NCBI RefSeq assembly: GCF_009914755.1 | Contig: NC_060926.1 | Length of the DNA: 64,000 nucleotides | Source: the human T2T-CHM13v2.0 reference genome, Homo sapiens | Direction: 5' to 3' (one strand) | In this document: piece after piece, positions 44,533 through 64,000 of the stretch | Numbering within the stretch: the first letter of the stretch is position 1 | How the letters are laid out: every line of letters begins with the position of its first letter | Notes under the pieces: model-generated | What the model was told of the DNA's origin: nothing | Databases searched by the model: none | The model's input: only the letters and a program-made list of their open reading frames with translations | Position numbers and translations under genes: made by a program

Positions 44533-46080
44533 TTTTTTTTTTTTAGATGGAGCCTCCATCTCCCGGGTTCAAGTGATTCTCCTGCCTCAGCCTCCTGAGT
44601 AGCTGGGATTACAGGGACACACCACCATGCCTGGCTAATTTTTGTATTTTGAGTGGAGATGGGGTTTCACCATGTTGGCCAGGCTGATCTTAAACTCCTG
44701 ACCTCAGATGGACCACCTGCTTTGGCCTCCCAAAGCGCTAGGATTACAGGCATGAACCACTGCGTCTGGCCTTAAGTTATTATTGACTATTGATGCCCTG
44801 TTGCTCTATCAAGTAGTAGGTCTTATTTATTCTAGAACCTTGTTTTAAGGTATCCTGAATGTGGCTTTTTTTTTTTTTTTTCCTAAGACGGAGTCTCACT
44901 CTGTTGCCCAGGCTGGAGTGCAATGGAGTGATCTTGGCTCACCGCAATCTCTGCCTCCTTGGTTCAAGCAATTCTCCTGCCTCAGCCTCCTGAGTAGCTG
45001 AGATTACAGGCGCACGCCACCACACCTGGCTAATTTTTGTGTTTTTAGTAGAGACGGGGTTTCACCACATTGGTCAGGCTTGTCTCAAACTCCTGACCTT
45101 GTGATCCGCCCACCTTGGCCTCTGAAAGTTCTGGGATTACAGGCGTAAGCCACCACGCCCAGCCTAATGTGGATTTTGTTTTTTTTTTTTAACTTGAATT
45201 TTATTTATACTTCCTGATTTTATAATAGTTAACTTGTAGTAAAAGTAAACTGGTTGTCTAAATAAATAAGCTGATTTCCTATACTAGTTTAGAGTCTTTA
45301 GTTTTCTTAAACCGTATTAAGATATTTGATTACAAAAGTAAAATTGAGGCTTTTGTCTTTTTTTTTTGGCCACTCTAATTTGCTGACTGACTTAACATTT
45401 GTCTTCACAGTAAACATTGTAAATAAACACTGATGTTTGTTGCGTAGTATGTAAAAATATTATTTAGGAGTGGTGAGATTTAAACATTTACAAACCTGTA
45501 ATATATATAGTACAGCAACACTGGACAAATAACCTTTTCAACTTAATCAGAGGTGTTCTATAAATGTTCATTTGCATATATACAGCCCATATAATACTTA
45601 GCATATGTAAAAGCACATCTTTATACTCTTTCAATTAAAATTGATTATTATTATTATTTTTTTTTTGAGACAGAGTCCCTCTCAGTCACCCAGGCTGGAT
45701 TGCAGTGGTGTGATCAGGGCTCACTGCAATCGGGTAGCTGGAACTACAGGGATGTGCCACCACGCCCAGCTATTTTTGTATTTTTAGTGGAGATGGGGTT
45801 TCACCATGTTGGCCAGGCTGGTCTTGAACTCCATACCTCAGGTGATCTGCCCGCCTCAGCCTCCCAAAATGCTGGGATTACAGGCGTGAGCTACTGCACC
45901 CGGCCTAAAATTGATTAGTTTTTAAGACCCTCTTGGTGGGAACAGACTTTCATAGTGTTTATAGTTATAATAGTTTGGAATCAAAGTAGTCGAGTGCTAC
46001 TTTTTTTTCCTCTGTACATCCTATCCCTAATGCCTTTACTATATTTTGTTTCTTATTTGAGAGCTTTATTTGCTTCATAA

Positions 46081-46245
<165 letters not shown>

Positions 46246-46484
46246 TGACTGATTTTTTGTATTTTTAGCAGAGACGAGGTTTCACCATGTTGGCCAGCCT
46301 GGTCTTGAACTACTGACATCAGGTGATCCGTCCACCTCGATCTCCCAAAGTGCTGGGATTACAGGCGTGAGCCATCGCGCCCGGCGCTTCATAACCTTTT
46401 TATATTGTCTTTCTGTTCCCCAAAATGAAGTAGTTTCTTCTTAAAAATACTGTTTTTTGTTTTTTTGTTTTTTTTTTTATTTGA

Positions 46485-46622
<138 letters not shown>

Positions 46623-47045
46623 TAATAAGAAAATTAGAATAGGGACAGGCACAATGGCTCACTCTTGTAATCCCAGCACTTTGGGAGGCCAAGGTGGGAG
46701 GATTGCCTGAGCCCAGGAGTTCGAGACCAGCCTAGGCAACATAGTGAGTGAGACCCTGTTTCTATAAAAAAAATTTTTAATTAGTCCGGTCTGGTGGTGC
46801 ACAACTGATGTCCCAGCTACTTGGGAGTTTGAGGTGGGAGGATGGATCACTTGAGCCCAGGAAGATTAAGGCCACAATGAGCTGTGATCATGCCACTGCA
46901 CTCCAGCCCAGGCCACAGGTTTCAAAAAAAGAGAAAATTAGAATTATACGTTAGGGGGAAAAAACCTAATAACCATATTCCTATCTACCTAGTGACCACC
47001 CCTATGAAGATCCTGGTACATGTTCTCATTGAAATCTTATTTTGA

Positions 47046-47438
<393 letters not shown>

Positions 47439-47441
47439 TAA

Positions 47442-47649
<208 letters not shown>

Positions 47650-48206
47650 TAGTAGAGACGGGGTTTCTCCATGTTGGTCAGGCTGGTCTCAAACTCCCGA
47701 CCTCAGGTGATCCGCCTGCCTCAGCCTCCCAAAGTACTGGGATTACAGGCGTGAGCCACCGTGCCCAAAGTTAATTTTTTTTTAAATCCACAGGGCAACT
47801 TGCTATAAAACTTTTTTTGGACCTCATTAGACATTTAATACCAAGTTTTGCTTACCCAGTCTGTTTTATATAATGCTGTATATTTCATTTTAAATTTATT
47901 TTTAAAATTATTTCAATCTTTGTAAATGTTTTATAGCAGTAACATACCTAGAGTTTTGTCATGATTCTAACAAGGGTTAAAATTTGTTTTTATTTTGTAA
48001 AAACTAAATCTCTGGATAAAATCCTCTATAACTGACTTAATGCCAAATATAGTTCTCTAGTGAATACAGTTTTACCTTCAGGTAAATAAATATACAATTT
48101 ATGGATTTTTATACCCTTTTTCCTATTTTTAAAGCTTGAATTCTGTGAACTTTAAGGTTAACTTATTTATGAAAAGTGTAAATGTTAGGTTGTATTTTCA
48201 TATTAA

Positions 48207-48359
<153 letters not shown>

Positions 48360-48594
48360 TAAGTTTTGCCATCTAAATGTTTTATTTTATAGTTTTTATA
48401 TTTTAATTTTACTTATAAAACATGTCAGGAGTGAAATAGATAATAAATACCTTGTCTGGTTTACATACTTAATTTTTATGATAGTTTTCAATTATAAATG
48501 TAGAAAACCATTGCTTTACTGATTTAACTATAGTTTAACAGTTAACATTAAAAATAACTATATGTCATAGGGCTTAGGCTTCATCTTGTAATAA

Positions 48595-48867
<273 letters not shown>

Positions 48868-49564
48868 TAAAAAAGATAAAACATTAACAATTGATGTTGA
48901 GAAGTTATTATAGAATAGGAAAATGGATATGAGTTCCTAATTTCCAATCCTTTTATATTTTTAGGAAAAGTGGGTAGTATGATATAATTTTGTTTTGTTT
49001 TGGAGACGGAGTCTCACTCATTGTGTCGCCCAGGCTGGAGTGCAGTGGCATGATCTTAGCTCACTGCAACCTCTGCGTCCCAGAATTCAAGTGATTCTCC
49101 TGCCTCAGCCTCCCAAGTAGCTGGGATTACAGGCATGTGCCACTATGCCCAGCTAATTTTTGTAATTTTAGTAGAGATGGGGTTTTGCTATATTGGCCAG
49201 GCTGGTCTTTCATACCTGATGTCAAGTTATCCACCCATTTCGGCCTCCCAGAGTGTTAGGATTACAAGTGTGAGTCACTACATCTGGCCAAATTTTGATA
49301 TCAAGGTGAGAGAGATTTAAAATTAAGATAAGGTACAAAAATTAGCCTAGTGTGGGGGCGCACGCTTGTAGTCCCAACTACTGGGGAGGCTGTGGCAGGA
49401 GAATTGCTTGAACCAGGAGGCAGAGGTTGCAGTGAGCCAAGATGGCACCACTGCACTCCATCCTGGGTGACAGAGCGAGATGTCATCTCAAAAACAAAAC
49501 AGGCCGGGTACGGTAGTTCACGCCTGTAATCCCAGCACTTTGGGAGGCTGAGGCGGGCAGATCA

Positions 49565-49792
<228 letters not shown>

Positions 49793-52700
49793 TTAAGAAG
49801 ATAAATACATAAAAATAAATAAATAATATTAAGAGAAGGAAATCAGGCAGGTAGTGGCCCCTGACACAATGAGTTTTCCCAGAATTGGATTGCTTGGAAA
49901 TGCCGCTCAAAGAGTGTGGTAAACTCCATCGAAGGCTAAATACCAACGTGACAGTGATAATTAACAAGTACTTTATGGGAAAGTTTTTTTTTTAATTATT
50001 TTTAAAAAGAGAGAAATTGTACTGGAGAAAAGAGGAATTCAGGTAGAATAATTCTTTTTTTTTTTTTTTTTTGAGATGGAATTTTGCTCCTGTTACCCAG
50101 GCTGGAGTGCAGTGGCTTGATGTTGGCTCACTGCAACCTCTGCCTTTGGGGTTCAAGTGATTCTCATGCCTCATCCTCCTGAGTAGCTGGGTCTATAGGC
50201 ATGCACCCCAACACCTGGCTAATTTTTGTGTTTTTAGTAGAGATAGGGTTTTACCATTTTGGCCAGGCTGGTCTCAAACTCCTGGCTTCAGATGATCCGC
50301 CCACCTTGGCTTCCCAAAGTGCTGGGATTACAGGCAGAGGCCACTGTGCCTGGCATGAAGAACAATTTTTAAAAGAATGACTTTTAAGGATATTAAGTCA
50401 TCAAAGTAGATAGAGCCATTAAATGATGGGTAGAAACCTAATCTTCCATCCCATATTTTATGACTTATTAAGGAAGATAGGCAATCTTGCAGTTGATAAT
50501 AAATATTTGGCTTTCCATACTTAGCACCGTTTTGAATTTTTCCAGTTCACAGATGGTATATTTAGTGCTGTTCCAATAATATTGCAAAAAATAAATCTGA
50601 AGACTCACTTCTGGGTCACAGATATTTCACTATTAACATTAAAATCTTACGGACCTACCTGCAACATGTAGTGGAAATAAGTTGTGTGGCACGTTGTGGT
50701 GGGTGCATTATTAAATAAATGTGCAAAGGTTTTATGGCTGTCTCAATTTTTCCATAGTCTTGAGTCATTCACATACTGCCTTTATGGTGTTTATCACTTG
50801 TAAGTGAGTACCAACTGTACTAGAACTTACTGAATATTTTTCAAGTCTATTTTACTTATTACTCATTCTAAGTACATAAAATCACTGGTCTGATATGCAA
50901 GTTAGGTTTTCGCTAATACCCAGTAAAATAATTAGATAATTATTAAAATAGAAAGCATTTGTCATTATGTGAACTGGATTTATGTCATGTACCACCTCAG
51001 GTCACACTTTGGGAAACGTAGCTTACGTATTGAGCTAACATTTTGCTGGAGTTATATAAGATTAGTAAATGCTATAGACTAAATATTGAAAAAAAAGCTT
51101 GCTTAAAGAGGATTTACATAATTATAGTCCTGAAAAGGATCTTAGCAGTCTTCGGATCGATTCATTGATAAAGAAACTAGTCCTAAGAGCTAAAATGACT
51201 TGCTCAAGATTTTAGTTAAGTGGTAGACCTAGGAAATACCTTTCTAAGATTAGAGCTGCCTGGTTAGTGCTATAGCTGCCACCTAATTCTTACATTTATT
51301 TATTAAGGGACATGCTTTTTACGGTAGAAAAATATATCTAAAATTGTGAAGGTAATACCAAGGAAATATTTAGGCTATGCAAGAAAAGTCATTCAGCTTT
51401 TGCTTTACCCAGGCCTATAGAGAACATATCTAAAATAATAAGTAACATGTGAATTTGAATTTAGGCATATTTTCATGGTAGTGACATAATGTGCAATTAA
51501 GAAGCTATAATAATGTAAAAATGCCAGTTGCAAGTTATTTCAAATAAAGTTGAATAACCTGACCTCAGGAGGGGCAGAAACCTTAGTAAACTTAGCAAAC
51601 TGAGACCTAAGGAAGAGCAAGATCTGTGGTAGAGCCAGGTCTAAAGGTTTATATCCTGGTACAAACTTGTCTATACATCACCACACCTGCCAAATGGAAC
51701 TTTTTTTCCTTGTAGTTCAGATTTCCAAGAAAGGGAATATTATTGTCCTAGCTCAGCGTTTCACAATAGACTCACAAAATGAATCTTGTTAAGCCTATGA
51801 ATGGGTAAGACTTATCCCATAACACGCCTCTATTGTGTAAAAAAATCAGCTTTATTCCTAATTCCCTGTAGTAGGAAGCTTGCATAGACCACAATAGAGA
51901 CATTGTTAGATTATATCAAGAAGGTGAGTGGCAGGCATTCTTGAGTATACTGGAATTTTTATTTCATTGTAGAAACACAGAATCATAATTAGTCATCTAA
52001 AACTGGTTTTAAGGAGATAATACTAAAGATACTCACTTGAGGTAGATTGTTCTCAGAATTACTTAAAATAAGTGCTTTAAATCTTGCTCATTCATGAAGC
52101 CATAGCCCTGGAAGGAGATATTGAAAAACTTCTCCATCTTCCTTCAATCCCATAGGACCATGTTTTTAATTGTAGTTTAACATTAAACATAATTTTTGAA
52201 AGTAGCCAATATTAATCTTTGACAAAAAACTCAAACTAAATAGCAGAAAATAGAACATGCCCTCTCCTCTCGCCCAAAAGTAAGACTATATTTTAAAGTA
52301 TATCACAGTGATCTGTCTAAATATTTTTCTCAAATATTTTACTAAGAAAGCGTATATTCTTCTGTCCTTATTTCATAGATCTCTTCTGTATCCTGTGCAG
52401 CTTGTCTATCATTTCGAGCTTTTATATTTCTTATTTTGTTCTCTTGCTGCTTAAATGTGATTCTTTGAGATTTATAGAAGAATGTGATTGTTCTCCAGTT
52501 TTAAAAAGCTCTTCTCTATCTACTAAAATTTCCATGAATTTCTTTCTTTCTTTTTTTTTTTTTGATTGAGACAGTCTTGCTGTGTTCTCCAGCGTGGCCT
52601 TAGGCTTAAGTGATCCTCCTGTCTCAGCCTCCCAAGTAGCTGAGATTACAGAAATTTCCATGAATTTCCAAATATGATGTTATCTTTCATATAAGCTTAA

Positions 52701-53542
52701 ACATAAGCCTTTCTTCTTTCAAAAATGTTAGAACTTACCTCTTTAAATAATCTTATAAAGCCATTTCTTAATTTTTGTTTCCTTTTCGAATCTATTAACT
52801 TGCATATCATAGTAAATGAACCCTTAGCTCCATCATACCACACACCTTCTACTCCTGTCCTCCCACTTTTTCTCACCCAGGCTGGAGTACAGTGAATATT
52901 TAGTGCTTTTAAATATTATTCATTACCAAGCCAAGTAGCGTACTATTTTTTCCTTGTACAGCCTTTTTTTCCCCTAAATAATTGTGTTATTTTTTCATTT
53001 GCTTCATTTTCATCTTATCGATTGATAATTCTTCTGTTCCATTTCAGTCTAATTTCCACATGGCCAAACCAATCTAAAAACCTGTTAACTCAGGTCTTTT
53101 TTTTTTTTTTTTTTTCCCAGAATACCTTTTCCTGGAACCACCTTCTTCTTTTCATTCGAGACCAAATGCTTTCCATGCCTGTGTCAAAGTGGTTGTTCTC
53201 TAATCTGTCTTCACTACCATCATAATTTCCTTTTCCTTTTTTCCTTTCTTTATTATGTATCTCCTGTCTTTTAAATTCCATATTTTCCACTTTCATGATT
53301 TATTTTCTCATTTTGATGGCTACATCTTTCAGTAACTGAGAAAAGGTTGTGTGAGGGAATATTTTGAGATGCTGTAGTTTTGAAAATATCTTTATTCTGC
53401 TGTCTTCTCATTAATAATTTGACTGGATGTCAAGATTTAAGTTGGAAACTATTTTCCATGAGTATTTTGAAGGCATTATCTATTGTCTTCTAGCTTCCAG
53501 TGCTGCTTTGTATTAGAGACAGAAGATCAGGAATCAGGATAG

Positions 53543-54023
<481 letters not shown>

Positions 54024-54031
54024 TAATTTAA

Positions 54032-54484
<453 letters not shown>

Positions 54485-54815
54485 TAAGCTTTTTCATATT
54501 GGAAGCTTCTCTCAAATGTCTGGTTATTCTGGTTGTCCACTTATATTACGTGGAACAATAAAAAAGTTGATTAGGACTCTGTGCTGTAAGTAAGTAAATT
54601 GTTGATAGTGAGAGCCCATTAATCACAGGATGATCAAGCAGCAAGCCTACTGTTTATTTGGGTTTCTCCAAATGGCTATAGCTGTCAGTCTTTTTTTTCT
54701 GGGGTTATTTGGCTTCTCTAGAAAAGAATTTTCTAGTCTCTTGTTTGGAGAATACAAGCTTGACTATTGGTGTTCCAGAAAATGGGTGGGAGGAGACGAC
54801 TTTGTTTTCTGTTAG

Positions 54816-55296
<481 letters not shown>

Positions 55297-55319
55297 CTAT
55301 ATTTAAAAAAAAAAAATAG

Positions 55320-57730
<2,411 letters not shown>

Positions 57731-57762
57731 TATTTTTATTTTTATTTTTTTTTAATTTTTAA

Positions 57763-57879
<117 letters not shown>

Positions 57880-58530
57880 TAGCTGGGATTACAGGCATGT
57901 GCCACCACGCCCAGCTAATTTTGCAGTTTTAGTAGAGACAGGGTTTCTCCATGTTGGTCAGGCTGGTCTTGAACTCCTGATCTCAGGGGATCTGCCCGCC
58001 TCGGCCTCCCAAAGTGCTGTGATTATAGGCGTGAGCCACTGCGCCCAGCAGGTTTTTTTTTTTAAGTTGGATATTAGCCATTTCATATGATTCAACTTAA
58101 AAGTACATACACCTTCACTGTTATTAAAGTGTAGGTGAGATGTTTTCAGTCTGGAGCTCTACCCTTGATTCCTGCCATGCCTAGTGTCCCTGAATCTGGA
58201 GACTCTGACTTATTTCTTTAGAGAACGAAACTCCTGCCTTCTGCTTTGGTGGTGATTGGTACCTGCTTGACTGCCTTTGGTGGGGAGTTCCTCATACCAA
58301 CTTTCAATCAGTTCCTGTGTTTGTTTGTTTGTTTGTTTTTGAGACGGAGTTTTGCTCTGTCGCCCGGGTTGGAGTGCAGTGGCGCAATCTTGGCTCAATA
58401 CACGCTCCGCCTCCCGGGTTCACGCCATTTTCCTGCCTCAGCCTCCTGAGTAGCTGGGACGACAGGCGCCCGCCACCACGCCCGGCTAATTTTTTTGTAT
58501 TTTTAGTAGAGACGGGGTTTCATCGTGTTA

Positions 58531-58725
<195 letters not shown>

Positions 58726-58995
58726 TCAGCGTGCTTCTTGCATTTAGGTATCCCTTCACAAGTAGGCATTTAGGTTTTAAGCTCTGCTAAGTGATTTACC
58801 ACACTTTATCAGTTCTCCATTTTGTGGAATTCATTGTGTTAATCTCCTTTTCTATTTTTGTTTGGAAGATTCATATATTTTTTATTCATTTAGTATTTTT
58901 TGGTGGGATTTCTAAGTAGAGAAACATGCCTATGTTCAATATGTCTTGTTTAAGCAGTCTGCTTTCATTTTTACCACCGAGGAGTTGGTTTTATT

Positions 58996-59028
<33 letters not shown>

Positions 59029-59476
59029 AGACAGGGTCTCACTTTGTCAGCCAGGCTGGAGTACAGTGGCACAATCAAAGCTCACTGCACCCTTGGCCTC
59101 CCAAGCTCAAGTGATCCTCCCACCTCAGCCTCCTGAATAGCTGGGAGCTCAGGTGATCCAGCACACCCAGCTAATTTTTTTTTTTTTTAATTTTTTGTAG
59201 AAGCAGAGTTCCCCTATGTTGCCCAAGCTGGTCTTGAACTCTTGGGCTCATGTAATCCTCCTGTCTTTGCCCCCTAAAGTCTGGGATTACAGGTGTGAGC
59301 CACCACACCCAGCTGTTTTTAATTATTACATTAATTTATGATTATGTGTTTCCTTTAAAGCTATGGGCAGCTCTGTTTGGGAAGATGCTACTGAAAAAAG
59401 GATGCTTTTTAGATGGCAAAGAGTACTTAAAATGTCTCTAGAATCATAGTTGTAAACTAAAGTATATATTTTTTAG

Positions 59477-59551
59477 TTGTTCACAGGGCTTAGAGCTCCT
59501 GCCAGAGGGCTGTTACTCTTTGGTCCACCTGGGAATGGGAAGACAATGCTG
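59477..59551 (+). CDS. SPAST: Spastin exon 8 (75 nt; [25 protein letters not shown]), Walker A
   Basis: ttttttag| acceptor, CTG|gtaagg donor; P-loop GPPGNGKT; phase 0/0. Confidence 0.98.
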
Positions 59552-59674
59552 GTAAGGGTTCTCTTCAAATTTGAGTTTTCTGTTGAGATATTTGGGATAA
59601 TATGAAAAAAAGAAACTTTATCTTGTCCTTGAGTCTATTATTTACGACTTGCTTTTTGCTATTGTACACTTTTG

Positions 59675-59705
<31 letters not shown>

Positions 59706-60928
59706 GAGTGATCTGGGCTCACCGCAACCTCCGCCTCCTGGGTTCAAGCGATTTTCATGCCTCAGCCTCCCAAGTAGCTGGGATTACAGGCACACGCCAC
59801 CACACCTGTCTAGGTTTTTTATTTTTGGCAGAGACAGGATTTCGCCATGTTGGCCAGGCTGGTGTCGAACTCCTGACCTCAAGCAGTCCTCCTACCTGGG
59901 CCTCCTAAAGTGATGGGATTACAGGCATGAGCCACTGCACCTGGCTGATACACTTTTAAGTTTTTCAGCTACTTTTCAATGTAGAAGTAGATGGAAAACC
60001 ATGTACGTTATCTTCAGTAGTGTGTTTTTGGTTGGTTAAATTTGACAGTATGATTGTCATTATTTTTTGTAAATTAAATTTTTACCTGGAAGAGCTTACC
60101 TTACTATATTGAGTATCTTTCTAACCCCTGATTTTTGCTTCTACTATCATAATAACTTTATTTAAGTAATCAGTATGTTATAGCTTTTTTTTTTTTTTTA
60201 AGTATTCTTTTGCCAGAAGTTTTTATCAGGCTCTGGATACCTCTTTCCTCTGCATAGTCCTCCTGGATGGAAGAAACAAAGAGGGAAAGAGTAACTTTTC
60301 CTTAGATGTTTGTCTTTCTCAAAGCAGTTATCTTTGTATATCTAAGAAGAGAGGAGAATAACACTGTCTCTCTTTTTTTTTAAATCTCTCTCTACTCATT
60401 CTCTCTCAGGAGGAGAGTAGAAAGAAGCACAGCTCTTCCTATAACCTGTCCTTATTACTGAGAAAGGAACACATTGATTGCCATGTATTGGGGATTGTAT
60501 TATACCTTACATTTTTATTTTTATTTTTTATTAATTTTTTTTTTTAGACAGTCTTACTCTATCACCCAAGCTGGAGTGCAGTGATGTGATCTCGGCTCAC
60601 TACCATCTCTTCCTTTTCGGTTCAAGCAATTCTGCCACGTCAGCTTCCCGAGTAGCTGGGATTACAGGCATGCGCCACCACGCCTGACTAATTTTTGTAT
60701 TTTTATTAGAGATGGGATTTCACCATGTTGGCCAGGCTGGTCTCAAACTCTTGGCCTCAAGTGATGCGCCTGCCTCAGCCTCCGAAAGTGCTGGGATTAC
60801 AGGCATGAGCCACCACACCTGGCCTCATAGCTTACATTTTTAGAGAATCTTTTCTAGTACTTAAATCGGTAAATATGGTTATCTTTTAAATGTAATATAT
60901 TGAACTAATTTAATATTTGCTCTTGTGA

Positions 60929-61081
<153 letters not shown>

Positions 61082-61194
61082 TAATATTTCATGAAAATAT
61101 TTTTCTAGGAGCTTATCTATTGTATCTATTATTTACATATGATGAATATCTATCTTCAGAGTAGAAAGTTATGTACATTTGTGTTGTCAAATAC

Positions 61195-61631
61195 TGTATT
61201 AGTTTACTGGGGCCATGTAATAAAATACCGTAAACTGGCTGGCTTAAACATCAGCAATTTATTGTCTCACAGTTGTGGAAGGTAGAAGTCTAAGATCAGT
61301 CAAAATGTTGGCAGGGTTGCTTCCTCCTGAGGGCTGTGAGGGAAAATGTATGTTGTGTGCCTCTCTCCTGGCTTCTGGTGGCTTGCTGGCAATCTTTTGT
61401 ATTCCTTGGCTTGTAGATGCATCCCTCCTATCTCTGTCTTTATCTTTATGTGGCATTCTCCCTGTATCTGTCACCATGTCCAAATTTCCCCTGTGGATTA
61501 GGACCCACCCTAATGATCTCAATTTAAGTTTGTCATCAGCAACAATTCTATGTCCAAATAATGTCACATTCATAGGTACTAGGGATAGGACTTCAACACG
61601 TTTTTGGAGAACACAGTTCAACCCATTAACA
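61195..61631 (-). mobile_element. MLT1 (MaLR; MLT1C-like) solo LTR
   Basis: TG...CA termini with 5-bp TSD aatac at 61190-61194 and 61632-61636. Confidence 0.85.
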
Positions 61632-62309
61632 AATACTATCACTTTCCACTTAAGCTTCAAGTAAAGTGGATTTTATCTCAAGGAGCCACCAGATAGGAAC
61701 ACAGATCTGATGGCATAAACTGAGTATTTCTGGCCTTCTGATTCTGATCTAAAATATGACAGAAGATTTTCCCTGTTTTAATTTTTTTTTTTTTTTTATA
61801 ATAGAGACACAGTCTCGCTATGTTGCCAGGCTACTTTCAAATTCCTGGGCTTAAGCAATCCTCCTGCCTCGGACTCTCAAAGTGCTGGAATTACAAGTGT
61901 GAGCCACCACACCTGGCCAGTAGATTTTCCCTGCTTTCTTTTGATTGTTTATAATTTTGTTTTCTTTTTCCATTCACCCTCTGCTGACCCTATAGTATTA
62001 TTCAAAGAAGTGTTCAGTTTAGTTTTGGGGTAGGGCAAGCATAACTACAGTGCTTAAAGAGAGTAATTTGTCTGGTGTGCAGAACTAGTGTGTAAATATA
62101 ACTGGTGCATTGCAAAACTGTGAAGTAGTTTCTGTCAAACCTTACACTGCTTTGTCTTTCTCCCTCTCTCCCTTTCTCTTGGTTGCCCCCTCCCCCTCCC
62201 AATGATACCTTAGTCTCTGCTTGCCTTTATCAAAACCTTTATGATTGGCCGGGCACAGTGGCCCATGCCTATAATCCTAGCATTTTGGGAGGCTGAGGCA
62301 GGAAGATCA

Positions 62310-62659
<350 letters not shown>

Positions 62660-62718
62660 CTACAAAAAATAAAAAATTTAGCTGGACATGCCAGCGAATA
62701 CGTGGTCCCAGCAAATCA

Positions 62719-63328
<610 letters not shown>

Positions 63329-64000
63329 TCAAAGGATAATTTTACTGTCTACAGTTTTGCAGCGAGAGAAACTTGATTTTATCAGTACACCAAGAGCAGA
63401 TCTATGTCTTCGGAACAGACATGAGATCAGAATTGTCTAGCTGCTATGAACAGCATGTTCTCTCCCTGTACCTATAGACATGTATGGGAAACTTATTTGT
63501 AAGGTTGTATAATGAGCAGTGAGTTAAAGCAAACTTGACATGTTGACCATAGTTGTTATGGCATTGGACTAAAGTAGCCTCCATCACTATGATAGAGATA
63601 GCCTTGGTGTTGGACCCATAGTTTTTGAAGTCTGTTTGCTAAGACTCCCTCTTCCTTAGGCAGTTCTTCAAATATTATTATGCTTTTTCCTGTCATGGGA
63701 TTCCTCTTCATGGAGTTTCCTTTCTCAGGAACACTATCTTCTCCTGGTTAATTTGTACTTATTCTTCAGATACCAGTTGAAATGTTACAACCTTCCCTGA
63801 CCCTCCAAACTATTCCCCGTTATTATTCTCCTAGCACCACTTGCACCTCATTTTCATACTCACTGGAGTTGCAATTCATATTCATTGATAGGATTATTTT
63901 AATTGTATCTGATATCACTGTCACCTCCACTAGAAGATGGTCTCCATGCGGGCAGAGACTATCACCATGTGTTCTTCACTTCAATTTTCAGTAGTTGGCT

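Noticed and set aside
61259-61664. Overlapping 133-aa and 129-aa ORFs on both strands
   Set aside because: Almost entirely within an MLT1 solo LTR; no protein family signal
63417-63546. Several RRRCATG p53-like half-sites
   Set aside because: Each is mismatched and none are paired within usable spacing

Overview
Human-type genomic DNA covering most of intron 1 through part of intron 9 of SPAST (spastin, SPG4) on the + strand. Eight coding exons (2-9) can be read directly, all with GT-AG boundaries. They splice into one open frame encoding most of the MIT domain, the exon-4 segment, the microtubule-binding region and the start of the AAA ATPase (Walker A GPPGNGKT). The rest is transposon-rich intron: roughly 80 full or partial Alus (manual count), including two 5'-truncated AluYa5 copies; a full-length dead L1PA5-like element antisense in intron 4; MER4 and MLT1 LTRs; Tigger4a and MER58; old L1M/L2/MIR fragments; and a ~1.9 kb AT-rich palindromic VNTR. 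Nearly all entries in the ORF track are Alu or L1 artefacts. Best leads, all untested inferences: (1) a 'gene-breaking' geometry, with the antisense L1 between the MIT exons and the severing-core exons and carrying a frame-rescued ORF0 with splice donors pointing at exon 5; (2) the VNTR bounded by 45-bp inverted repeats; (3) exon blocks that would give stop-free circRNAs; (4) young AluYa5 insertions inside older Alus.
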